Below, in pieces: positions 34,949 through 45,703 of a stretch of DNA of 64,000 nucleotides (position 1 is its first letter; each line of letters begins with the position of its first letter). The notes under the pieces are model-generated. The model was not told where the DNA came from and made no database searches. It saw only the letters and a list, made by a program, of their open reading frames with translations. This DNA is from Cyanophora paradoxa CCMP329 (taxonomy: Eukaryota > Plantae > Glaucophyta): contig QPMI01000145.1 in assembly GCA_004431415.1 (NCBI GenBank), positions 62,001-126,000 of the forward strand, in the 5' to 3' direction. A program made the translations under genes and the position numbers.

Positions 34949-36270
34949 CCGCGGGCAGCTCCTGCGCGGCCAGAGCCTCGATCAGCGTCGCTGCTGGGGC
35001 AGGAGCGCATATCCAGAGGGGCCAAGGGGAACGCCCTAGCCCGATAGCGCCCTTGGACGGTGCCGAGAAGAAGAGGTGTCGGGGCCCTCGTCCGGCGGGA
35101 AGAGGGGCCAGGAGCCAGCCGCGGGCAGCTGCGAGGGCCACCAGGGGGCGCCACTCCAGGGCTGCTGGCTGCCGCTGGATGAGCCAGACGACGGGGCCCG
35201 CGCTTTGCCAGCCGTACTCCTGCAGCCAGTTGAGGAAGCGGGCCCGCAGCTGCCAGTCGACAGTGACGATAGACCCGTCCACGGGCAGGCTGCCGACGAA
35301 GGGTGGGCCGTGCCGGTTGAAGATGTGCACGTGGGGGAGCTCGGGGCGGGCGCGGCCAAGGGCCAGCCGCGAGAGCCAGCGCCTCAGGCCACCATGCAGG
35401 ATCGGGGCGCACGTCCGCGATCCCGCGTCGGCCACCACATTATCCTTGCCGCGAACGTGCACCGCCTCCAAGGTGACTTGGGCACGGATGCAGGCGCTAA
35501 AGAGCTGCAGCGCGAGGTCCATCATCCCCTCGTTGACGCTGCCCCGCAGCGCCGCCGCCACCGCGGATGAGTTGTCTACACGGGCCACGACGTGGCTGCC
35601 AGGGCTCAGGCGCGGGAAGAGCTCCGTCGCTGCGATCAGGACGGCCCGCAGCTCACGCCAGCAGTTATCCTCGCCTGCAAGCTCTGGCGACCAGCAGCCA
35701 AAGGTGCAGCAGAAATCGCGGGAGTTGAGGGCGAGGGGATCCGCCGTGGCGTCGATGTCAAGGGCGGCGCAGAAGCCGGTGCCGGAGGCGTCTGTGAATA
35801 GGCGGAACGCCTTGGACGGGCGCCAAAGTGGGGCAGGGGGGGTGCTCGGCAGGTACTCCAGCAGCCAGGAGATGACCTGCTGCTGGAGCGGGCCCAGTGG
35901 GACGTGGGCCATGGCCAGCTGCCCTCTAGCTCCAGCCGCGTCGGCTTGCGCGACCGCCGCTGTGAGCGGGCGGGACACCAGCGCGGCCCCAACAAAGGCA
36001 TGCCGAGCCGCGTTGAGCGAGCCGGCGATCCGCTGGAGCTCGACGGCGGGGGCTGCGGTCGCGCCGCGCAGTAGCTCGAGCACCGCAAGAAGCTTGCGAA
36101 GCTTCTTCTCCGGCAGATAACACCGGCCCCGGGCCGTGTCAAGGACAAGGCCCAGGTGCTCCCGGTCCTGGGAAGGCGTGAACCTGGTCTTGTCTGAAAA
36201 TGTGAGGCCCAGCAGGACGCCCAGGTACTGCAGGTGCAGCGAGACGAGGATCGCCTCTTCAAGCGTCTCG
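34800..36270 (-). pseudogene. 3' part of copy 2 pol (RT thumb, RNase H, downstream domain)
   Basis: Resumes at ETLEEAILVSLHLQ directly after the DNA-transposon insertion. Contains LFTDAS and ADAGSR. Confidence 0.9.
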
Positions 36271-36636
36271 CGTTTCAAGTCAAACCCCCCCCCCCCCGGC
36301 GCCGGGGGCGGGGGGTGAAGCTGGGCGGAAATCAAGTTGAAAGCAGCTCGAGCGCACAATTGTGATTGGTGGGGACGCTTTTCAAGTTCGATAGTTCGAG
36401 TCGAAGGGCGGGATGTGTGTACGGGAAAGAGGGCGGACTCGACCGTTGCGGAGGACCGTTAGTTCGGCTACTAGTAACGGGCCGAGCCACTAATTATAGC
36501 GGCAAGAGCTGCTGGCTAGGGGCAGTCTCCAAGGCTAGCAAGCCGCGCGATGGGGAGGGGGAAGGGCTAGAGAGCCGTTCGCGCCATCGATCTTGGCGGC
36601 AGCTAGCAGCAGCAGCCTGCGGCCGCCGCGACGCCC

Positions 36637-38802
36637 ATGGGGCGCAAGCTCTTCTCCAACTCCGGCCAGCGCTTCCGGAAGGAAGACGACTGGAAGCTGC
36701 CGGACGACCCGAAGCTGCCGGACATGGACTATCTGGAGACGTATTTGCCCGGGGCGCGCGACAGCAAGGGCCGTTTCCTCCTCGTAGGGGAATATGCCCT
36801 CATTAGGACCAGCTGGGACCTCCAGCCGACCGACAACTTCGCCAACTGGGTCTTCAACCGCCAGGACGTCCGTTCCGGCGAGCCGATCCTCGTTCGCCTG
36901 GAGGAAGTCAGCAAGCCTCGCTCAGACGGTCACATTGCGTGCCTCTTCCGGCATTTCGTGAAGGCCGGCGACAAGATGCTCTCGGACAAGGCGCGGGACA
37001 TGATGGCCCGTTCCACCAAGCACCCCGACAAGGAGGTCATGGTCGTCATCGGTCGGTTCCAACTGATCGGATTTGAGGTTCGCAGCGCGCGCGATCGCCC
37101 CGCGCTGGCCCCTCGGCTCACGCCGCGCAGATTCTGAAGAAGGTCTGCGTCTGGTCTGGGGAGTCGTTCAACAAGTTCACCACCATCACTAAGAACGACT
37201 ACTGCTGCCGGTTTGTCGGCGCGCTGTACGGGCGCCGGTGCTTCGTCAGCGGATGGGAGAACTACCCGAAGATGAAGATCCGGAAGCCCAACGCCAAGGC
37301 GATGACTCGCTTCATCGACCTGACGTACAGCAAGGACCCGAGGGACCTCGTGGATCCCAAGGAGCAGAAGTACCTGCTGGACGAGGCGAACAACCAGCTC
37401 CGGAGCCGCAGGAGCCGCCAGCCGAGGATCGTCCAAGCGCGGCTCATGGTCTACGGGCCGTCTCACGCGGTGCGCACGGCCTCGTGCTCGCTCTCCGTCG
37501 GCTGACCCGCCTCCAGCGCCGGACGCTCTCGAACCTGCCGGCGAACGGAGTGCCGACCGCGGTTATCGCGCAGCCGTGGCGTCGCGTGCTGAAGACCAAC
37601 AAGGAGTGCGATGGTGCGTGCGTCTTCCTCTTCCCGCCGTCGCGCGCCTTATTTGCGGCGCCGCAGATGTGCTCGGGCCGTCCGGCCTTCGGCAGGTCCA
37701 CTCGAAGAAGCGCGAGGACGGCCCGAACGGCAAGAAGGTCTTCGTGCCAATCTTGAAGAAGGAGGCGTACGGCCCGCGCGTCAAGCAGAACACGGAGACG
37801 GCCCACCTCGACGTCCTCGACACGGAGTACGAGGGCCGTGCGTTCGCCTCACCCGGCACGCGTGCGCAGCGCTGCTGATGTGCTCGCAGACCCCGCGGAG
37901 CTGGCGCTCATCCAGCCGGCAAAGAAGAAGCAGCGGCTCGCCCTGACGCTGTCGGCGCCCCAGTACACGGAGGACTGGGTCGGCCATCGCAACGGCCAGC
38001 ACGCGCAGGGCCCCGTCGGGGTTCCCACCGCCATCCCCGTCGATCCGCCCGTCCCGCGGCCACCGCCCCGTCCGCGCCGTGCCCGCGCCGCCCAGCAGCA
38101 GCAGCCGCCCGCCCCGGAGCCTCCCTCCGTGCCGGTGGCTGCCCCCGCCGCCGCCCCGGAGCCTCCCGCCGCGCCGGCGCTCCCCGCCGCGCCGACGCTC
38201 GCTGCCCCGCCGCCGCCCCGGAGCCTCCCTCCGTGCCGGTGGCTGCCCCCGCCGCCGCCCGGAGCCTCCCGCCGCGCCGGCGCTCCCCGCCGCGCCGACG
38301 CTCGCTGCCCCGCCGCCGCCCCGGAGCCTCCCGCCGCGCCGACGCTCGCTGCCCCGCCGCCGCCCCGGAGCCTCCCGCCGCGCCGGCGCTCCCCGCCGCG
38401 CCGACGCTCGCTGCCCCGCCGCCGCCCGGAGCCTCCCGCCGCGCCGGCGCTCCCCGCCGCGCCGACGCTCGCTGCCCCGCCGCCGCCCCGGAGCCTCCCG
38501 CCGCGCCGGCGCTCCCCGCCCCCGCCGCCGCCCCGGAGCCTCCCGCCGCGCCGGCGCTCCCCGCCCCCGCCGCCGAGCCCCCCACCACGCCCTCAACGGC
38601 TGCCGCCGCAGCTTCTCCCTCCCAGCGTCGCAGCCCCCGCTTCGCTCCCCCTCCGGCACCAGCTGCAACCATGCGCGCTTAAAGATTGATATCTGCATAT
38701 TTACACGTTTCTAACATCCGCCCCTGCAGGGCGACAGACGAAGCTCTCGAGGTGCTCGACGCGGCCAAGAATGCCAAGAAGCGCAAGCGAGCCCAGGCGT
38801 AG
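36637..38802 (+). CDS. BAH-domain protein with Pro/Ala-rich tail and C-terminal basic NLS-like motif (spliced, ~5 introns)
   Basis: LLVGEYALIR...EPILVRLEEV...ACLFRHFVKAGD...PDKEVMVV...IGFE/ILKKVCVWSGESF...NDYCCRF follows the BAH consensus order. The last exon ATDEALEVLDAAKNAKKRKRAQA* ends at 38802. Confidence 0.75.
38100..38580 (+). repeat. GC-rich coding minisatellite (PEPPAAPALPAAPTLAAP-type units)
   Basis: Repeated CCGGAGCCTCCCGCCGCGCCGGCGCTCCCCGCCGCGCCGACGCTCGCTGCCCC units and sub-units. Confidence 0.9.
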
Positions 38803-38842
38803 GACTAGGTGAGCGCGTCGCCGCGATTCGCGTCGCCGTCGC

Positions 38843-40550
38843 CTAATCGTCGCCGTCCACCAGGTCGTTGTCCTCCTCCATCTGAACGTCGGACTCCGAA
38901 TCGGAATCCGACTCGTCTGACTCGGACTCCGATGCTGCGGCGGGCTCCAGGGCGGGCTCCGGGGCGGGCTCCGGGGCGCGCTCCGGGGCGCGCTTCGGGG
39001 CGGGCTTCGAGGCGGCTTTCCGGCGCGGCCGCCGGCGCGCCTTCGTCACGGGGGCGGGGACGAGCTGGGCGCCCGCGGGATAGGGGCGCGTGGGCGGCTG
39101 GGCGGCCTGGGGGACGGCGAGCTGCTCGTGCTCATCGTACTGACTCCGCACAGGCCACGGCTGCAGCGGCCCCTCCGGCCAGAGCTTGACGTCCACCGTT
39201 GGGCACTCCACCTCCTTCGCCTTCCCCGTCTCGTCCTGCTTCCTCGGCGGCTTCAGGTGCGCTGCCTTCTCCACCGTGTTGCCCGCCACGTACGCCTTCA
39301 TGACGCGCGTCATCTCCTGAAGCTGAAACCAAAGGCGGCGGCGCTCGTGCTGCAGCATCTGGAGGAGCATGGTGACGTTCGCGGCCCGTCCGCCACCGAG
39401 GGACGTGACAGCGTAGCGCAGGCGACGGAGGTAGCCCATGTACGCCTCGGTGACCTCCGAGCTGTTCCGGGCCGGCGACCGCGTGGCATCGAAGAGCGCC
39501 CAGAACGGAAGGTGCGCCAGCGTCGCGTGCATGTAGCGCGTGAAGGCGCCCTCCAACGGGAAGTGCAGCTCCATCAACTCGCGGATCCGGACGGCGGCGG
39601 TGGCGGCGGCGGCCCGCATCTGGCTGCTGGGCCACATGGTGGTCTCGTACGTGTACAAGCACTGCCGCCACTTCCAGATCTCGCGGAGGCCGCTGACCTG
39701 CGCCGACCAGGTCCCCGGCGGGCCGTGCACGATGCTGAAGACCTCGTCGATGAAGCCCGAGTCGTCGGCAAGGATGCGCTTCGCGGTCGTCGCGTTGATC
39801 TTCTGGAACGGAGTTGCGTACCCGTCCGCGTCGCGCTCGAGCTTGAATCCCCGCGCGAACTTGTCCCTGATCAGAAGCTCGATCTTGTCGTGCGCCTCCT
39901 TCATGGCCAAGCCCGACGTCTTCAGGAAGGTGGCGGCGAAGCCACCGACGGTCCAGCTCTTCGTGCCGTGGAGGACATCCAGCTGCACCTGCCGGGGTAC
40001 GTGTCAGCGCCACATACACGAGGCTACAGGATTGGGCCGGGCGGGGCGATGGCGAGGGAGCGGCGGGGCCGCGCCGGGCGGGGCGCGCACCATGTCAACG
40101 AGGGCCTCGAGTGCCTCCAAGGCGCCGACGGAATCCGTGTAGGGCATCGGGTCGGCGGAGTTGGTGAAAATGCTGAAGGCACGGTCCTTCCGTTTTTGCT
40201 TGTCCATCTCGGCGCGAATCTGAGCGCGTGCGGCGCGCGCGCCGCGGGGCGACATGGGCCGCAGCGGAGCGTCCTCCTCCTCCGCATCCCGCTTCCGCTT
40301 CCCTGCAGCCTTCGGCGACGAAGCCTCGGCGTCGCAGTCGTTGAAGGCCAGCTTCCGCGGGGCCAGGTCGCCCTCGCCGGAGCTGCGCGGCCTGCTGCCC
40401 GCTGGGCTCGCTGGGCTGGCTCCCGCGATGGGGCTCTTGCGCGCTCTCTCTTGCGCTGGGCTGCGCCGCTGCGGACTCCCGATGAACATTCTCTTTATCG
40501 AGCCGAAACGGATGTTGGGGCCCGCGGCCGGGCTGCTGCCGCCCACGCGG

Positions 40551-40588
<38 letters not shown>

Positions 40589-40759
40589 GGCGCGCCTGAA
40601 CTTGGCAGGGTCCGCCGTGAAAGGCTGCGCCTTCTTCTTACGCGCTTCTATCTCCTCCTTTGTGCGGCCGGCCTCGCTGATCGCGTGCATCTTTGCTGCC
40701 ATCGAGTGGGAGTAATACTCGATGTACTCCACGAGGTCCGCATCGTCTGCTGGTGCCAT
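38843..40759 (-). CDS. RAG1/Transib-like transposase derivative (C-terminal half of catalytic core), two exons
   Basis: GCCGCCATGG start at 40759 and a GT-AG intron at ~39989-40090. Motifs QLDVLHG, KINATTAKRIL, TRYMHATLAHLP and SSEVTEAYMGYLRRLR parallel RAG1 SIDALHC, MNGNFARKLM, TNYFHKTLAHVP and ASEGNESGNKLFRRFR (RAG1 motifs recalled from memory). Acidic tail. Confidence 0.78.
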
Positions 40760-41098
40760 GGCGGCAGCGCCTAGCTAGCCAGGCCAAGCCTACTTGTTTG
40801 GGTACAACAGACGGGAAGCCGCCTGACTAGCCGACGAGAACTTGTCTAGCAGCGGCTAAGCAGCCGCCCAAAGTAGTACCGGAACACGCGTGACTGGTAC
40901 CCGAAAAGTACCAGAAAAGTTGAGGACACTTGGATTTTTTTAGAGGGGAACTTGACACTTCCGGCCAAGTTCCGGGCGAGAGTTTGGCGAACTCGCCAGA
41001 TTGCCCGACCAATGGCGCAACTTCAAATCTGCGGGGGCTACAGGAACTTCCGGCTGTGTTCAGGCGGGCGCCAGAAGGGACTTTGACTTGTTACGTCG

Positions 41099-44000
41099 CA
41101 GATGAAGAGGCCGTCGTCGATGTATGTACAGAGGAGGACGCCCGCGAGCACAAGCCAGTACTTCGCGAAGGCCCTCATCACCTTCGTGAAGATGTAGCAC
41201 GCGGCGGCGACCCCGAAGGGGAGGGCCTGATACACATAGTAGTGCGTCACCCCTCCTATCGTCCACTTGAAGGCCAGGATGCAGGCCGTCAGCATGCAGA
41301 GTGCGATGTGGTAGTAGCCCTTTCGCAGGTCGTAGGATACGAGCCAGCAGTTGGGATACCGACGCAGGAGCTCGATCACCTGGTCGAGCGTCTGGTAGCG
41401 GAACGAGCGAAGGTGAATGTAGCGGTTGACACGCTTGGCATCGAGGCAGAGCCGGAATTTGTCCGCCCCTTTCTTATCCACCGTGTGAAGGGAAGACACC
41501 AGGGGGGGCTTGGGCTCGTCCGGGCCGACGCGGCGCACTGCACCCAGCGCGACCATGCTCTTTTTCGGGCCTTCTACCTCCGAATCCACGAAGGCTTTAT
41601 GCGCCGGCGAGATCGAGCATGAGGGGCGCGGTTCTTCCTCAAACGCCGGAATCTGATCCGGCGTGATCGCCTGCGAGGGGTCCCAGGGGTCGCGCGGGTC
41701 GAATCTGTCGGCGTCTCGCAGGGCGAAGCGCGCTCCGCGAGATAGGACAAGCTTCACATAGCGCGGAACGGTTGTCCCCGCCTTCCTGAACTGCCTCACC
41801 CATGCCGCGGCATGTGTTTTAAACTGGCCTGCGCGGAATGCGGCCTCGTGCGCTTTGAAATCGTATGGTGGGGGCTGCCCGTGCTCACGCACGAAGGCCC
41901 GTAGCCTCTCAAGGCGTGCTCCACCCGTTCCCGGCGGTGCCAATGCGTTGGAGTTCGATAGCGCTATCAGCTCGCCCCCCCGCATGCCCGGCAGGTCGAC
42001 CTCATGGTCACAATCAGAAGTAGAAGTCAATTTTGGCCCGTAGGCCTCGACTGGCCAGGGCCCTACATGTACAGTGTCATCCATCACTGCCAGGTCCCAG
42101 GCCACACGTGTCCCGCTGAACCCCACCGAGGCCTGCGCACTACTGGCGCCGGCGCTGGGGGGAGCGGCCGCGCGGGCTGCGGGAGCGCTTGCGCTCGCGA
42201 TCGCTGTCCTTGGGGGGGGTACGCTGGCGGGGGGCCGGGGGCATCCGGTTGCCGCCGCCTCCCCCCTTGCCGCCGCCGTTGTAGCCGCCGCCGCTGTTGT
42301 GGCCGCCGCCGCCGTTGTAGCCCCGCTGCCGCCCTGGCCGCCGCCGGAGCCGACGTCGCGCCGGGAGAGGGCGGCCAGCTGCTTGGGGTCGGCTGCGAGG
42401 GTAGAAATCAGGGGTGAAAAGGCCGTGGCCCGCAGGGTCGTTGCAGGCAAGGCCGTGGCCCGCACGTTTGATCTGGACGCCGTCGCCGTGCGCCAGCTGC
42501 GCCTCCTCCACCCCGCGTCGGTGGCCTTCTTGACGAGGTCGCGCTTCGACTTGCCCGGGTCGGTGCCGTCAGGGCTCTTGAAGAGGCCCTCCAGCGTGAT
42601 CCGGCGCCCCTCCGGCTTCCAGATGCGCGGCGGCGTCTCCTTGACCAGCCGCGTCGACTTGATGCCGGTGAGGGCATGTCGTCGCCGATCTTGCTCATCG
42701 CCGTGCGGATGAGCTCGGCCGAGAGGTTGGTCTGGAGGAAGGCGCCGTACGACGAGTTCGTCTTCGCCATGTAGGCCTCCGCGCCTTGTTCTTGTCGTAC
42801 GGGTCCGGGGCGGGCACGCCGCGGGACGCCCAGCGCTCACGGCGTCCGACGCCGGGTCAGCCAGGCCGCGGATCTCCAGGTTGGCCAGGTGGCCCAGGCG
42901 GCTGAGGTGGAGCGCCTTCACCAGCAAGCCCTTGGCGGCCTCCTTCTCGCCCGCCTTCCTGAGGAGCGCCACGCTCTGAAGACAGGACTGGACGAGGCCG
43001 CGGTTGGCCGCCAGCGCGCGGGCGGCGGCGTCGGTGCAAGCGTTCGCCATGTAGCCGGCGCCGGCCGCGAGCGCCGCCCGGATGATCTCCTTGACTGCGG
43101 GGTTCTGGATGTCGTTGCTGATCTCCGATGCGCACAGGCCCGCGCGGGCCAGGCGGGCCTGGTGCAGTGAGATGTCGGTGCGCTCCTTGACGGCGGCGGG
43201 GTCGATGCCGAAGAAGCCCGCGAGGTCCGCCAGCTTGTCGGGATCATCCAGCGCCTCGAGGATGTTCTTCATGTCGCCCTGAGGCTCGGGGCTGCGGGAG
43301 CGGTCGCGGGAGCGGTGGGGTTCGTCGTCCAGGCGGCGCTCCAGGCGGCTAACGAAATTCTCCAGGCCCCTCTCCAGACGCCCGAGGCGGTCGCCCGTGC
43401 GATCGTGCTCGCCGTCGCGCCGGCGCTCGCGCTCCTCCTCCCGATCGTAGTCCCGCTCACGATCGTAGTCCCGCTCGCGATCGTAGTCCCGCCGGTCGCC
43501 GTTCGCGTCGTCACGATCGCCGTCACCCCAGCGCTCGCCGTCCGCGTCACGCGCGCCGCCGCCGCCGCCGCGGCCGGCGCCGCCGGCACCGCCGTTACCG
43601 GCGGGCCGGCCCGCCGCGGCCGACGTCGCCAGCGCCAGCTGCAGGGACCCCGCCATGACCGGGCCCCGCCGGGCGCCCGACGCGCCGGCGCCGGCGTTGC
43701 CAGCGTTGGCGCCGGCGCCCGCCGCCGATGCGCCGCTCTCCAGCTGAGCCAGAAAGAGCTTCATGGCCAGTGCTTGCTGCTCGTTGTCGCCGTAGCCGAC
43801 CCCAGCGTGGTCCAGTACGTCACCGATGAGACCGCCGCTGAGGCGGGCATGGGTGCCGCCGACGACCTCGGTCGGCGTTGCCGCGCCGGCGGCCCGTGCC
43901 GCCGTGGTCGGAACCTCCACACCCACGGCGATCGCCAGCCAGCCAACAGTCAGCACCCGCCCGCTCGTCACCGCCTCCAGCACCGGCGCCATGCGCCGGT

Positions 44001-44675
44001 CCGCCAGGCACTTGCCGAACTGCCCGGCGAACTCGGCCGACCGGGCGTCCGCTCGGAAAGGCACCGCGAGAGACTGGAGGATCCGGAACTCGATTGAGCC
44101 TGACGGGGCCGCGGAGGCGAAGCGGGCGAACGTGACGCCGGGCGATTGGCCGAGTACGATGCGGATGACGCGATTGAACGCCGCCCGCACGGCGAGCGTT
44201 GCGTGGAGGACCGCCGCGCCGTCGTCGGGGTCCAGCCGGGTGAGCGCCGCTGCCCGGTGGAACACCAGCGACTCCGGGCCCTCGCCGACGATCCACACGT
44301 GTTCGGCGAACAGCTCCGTGGTCTCGCACGCCGCGTCCTCCGTACCACGATCCGTCCAGGCGATGTCCAGGCGGCGGCGGCCGCCGGCATCCGGCGTGGC
44401 CATCGACACTTCGAGCACGTCTGCGCCGGCTCTCGCCGACCACGCAAAGAGCCGGCCACGGTCGTCGAACGCCGGCAGAGACATGGCGAAGCCGTCCAGA
44501 GCCGCCTCCTCCGTCGGCAGCGCCGCGGTTTCGTCGGCGCCCGCGGCCCGGCCAACCGCGACGCGCGCGATCAGCTCTGCCTTGAGGGTCACTGGCACCC
44601 GTAGGTTGAGCGCCATCACACCCAGCCGTAGCTGCTCTGCGCTCGCCAAAAGAAACCGGATGAGCTGCTGTCCAT
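41099..44675 (-). pseudogene. 5' part of copy 2 gag-RT, cut just after YIDDGLFIC
   Basis: Near-identical to copy 1 apart from scattered 1-bp homopolymer deletions and a 6-bp indel (copy 1 has an extra AGTACT near 28201). Confidence 0.9.
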
Positions 44676-45322
44676 GGAGTCCGCCAGCCCGCCAGCACTC
44701 CCCAGCCCATGCGCTAGCCCCGCCAATCCCGCGCGACTCCGACGCTTCGTGAAGCGTCCCTCCATCGGCCATAGCCGATCCTCGCTCACGGCCGTATGCC
44801 GACGGAGCGGAGCCTCCAATGGTCGACCACGGAGCCAGCCGCCGTGTCCGGGTAACTCAGCCCCTGTTTCTAGCGGTCTAGCGGGTCCAGCCTGCGCGTT
44901 TCCGAGCGCGCGGGCCCGGCCCGCCAGGGCCCGGGGTTCCCAAGGCGGAATGGGCGAAGGGGGTCACACCTTCGCTAGCGATGAGAAGTCGATCGAGGTC
45001 TCCGTTGCCTGCCATCGCGACCGTACGCGTGCCTGACACTGCTGCTGCTGGCAATGAGATCGGCAACACGCCCGGCAAATCGGGCAGTCGACGGGTACCC
45101 AACGACTGAGCCGGTGGCCCGGGTACAGCGAGCCCGTATCGCAGATGCGGGTACCGCCGCGCCCTGGCTCGCAGATCTGGGTACGCCGTGCGTCCGATCG
45201 CGATCCGATGATCGCGATCGCAAGCAGCAGGCGCGCGGCTCGTGCAAGCTGCTTTCGCGTTCGGCTCGGCCTTCGCTAGAAGAAAGCAGATTACTCGTAC
45301 GCTTTGCTAGAGTAATCTTCCC

Positions 45323-45497
45323 GGAGCTTAAGCGAAACAGCGTGTGCGAAGCGGGCCTTAAGTTCCCGGATCCGGGAGCTTAAGCGAAACTGCGTGTGCG
45401 AAGCGGGTCTTAAGTTCCCGGATCCGGGAGCTTAAGCGAAACTTCGTGTGCGAAGCGGGTCTTAAGTTCCCGGATCCGGGAGCTTAAGCGAAACTCC
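45323..45497. repeat. Right part of the palindromic tandem array (~3.5 units of 52 bp)
   Basis: Same CTTAAGTTCCCGGATCCGGGAGCTTAAG core. The linker varies (AGCGTGT, TGCGTGT, TTCGTGT). Confidence 0.97.
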
Positions 45498-45703
45498 GTC
45501 GAAACTCTCTGTGAGCTGATATCGATCATGACTTCAAGCCGGCTCATTCACTCGCAGGCGAGACGTAACAAACCCGGCTTCAAGCCGGCCCCGCAGCTCA
45601 CTCGCAGAAGCGTGGCGCCGCGCGCGCGGGCCAAGCCTCTCGCCGCATCAGTCCGTCGCAGCCAGATAGCACACCACAGCGGAAGCGGTTCGGGGAGGCA
45701 CGA

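Larger units (their letters stand above)
36271..41095. mobile_element. 4825-bp terminal-inverted-repeat DNA transposon (Transib/RAG/CMC-related) with two convergent genes
   Basis: The empty site in copy 1 reads AAGCGTC-TCG-CAGATG. Here TCG is duplicated (36268-36270 and 41096-41098). The ends CGTTTCAAGTCAAA and TTTGACTTGTTACG match at 12 of 14 positions as an inverted repeat. CAAGT/ACTTG motifs recur subterminally. Confidence 0.93.
32040..45322 (-). mobile_element. YR retrotransposon copy 2, full-length but interrupted in RT by a 4.8-kb DNA transposon
   Basis: B2 32040-32409, A2 32872-33134, B1 33135-33503, A1 45060-45322. Near-identical to copy 1. The flanks rejoin an array unit (GGATCCG|GGAGCTTAAG). 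Confidence 0.96.

Noticed and set aside
39128-40774. 548-aa plus-strand ORF and similar long antisense ORFs (for example 30499-31785, 1296-2336)
   Set aside because: These are shadow ORFs on the opposite strand of real genes in very high-GC DNA, with Arg/Pro/Gly-rich composition and no motifs.
36271-41095. A true ProtoRAG/RAG1-RAG2 transposon
   Set aside because: There are no CACAGTG-like heptamer ends and no clean 5-bp TSD. The partner gene shows no kelch or PHD motifs, and the RAG1-like gene lacks the first half of the core. Only the layout is analogous.
41099-44940. Programmed frameshifting or real pseudogenisation from the many 1-nt shifts
   Set aside because: Differences from copy 1 are almost all single-base losses in G/C/A homopolymers, typical of long-read error. 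They cannot be interpreted without polishing.
23523-45322. LTR retrotransposon (the repeated blocks look like LTRs)
   Set aside because: There is no DDE integrase or aspartic protease, no TG...CA ends and no TSD. The repeats are split (A...B-A-B) and a tyrosine recombinase is present.
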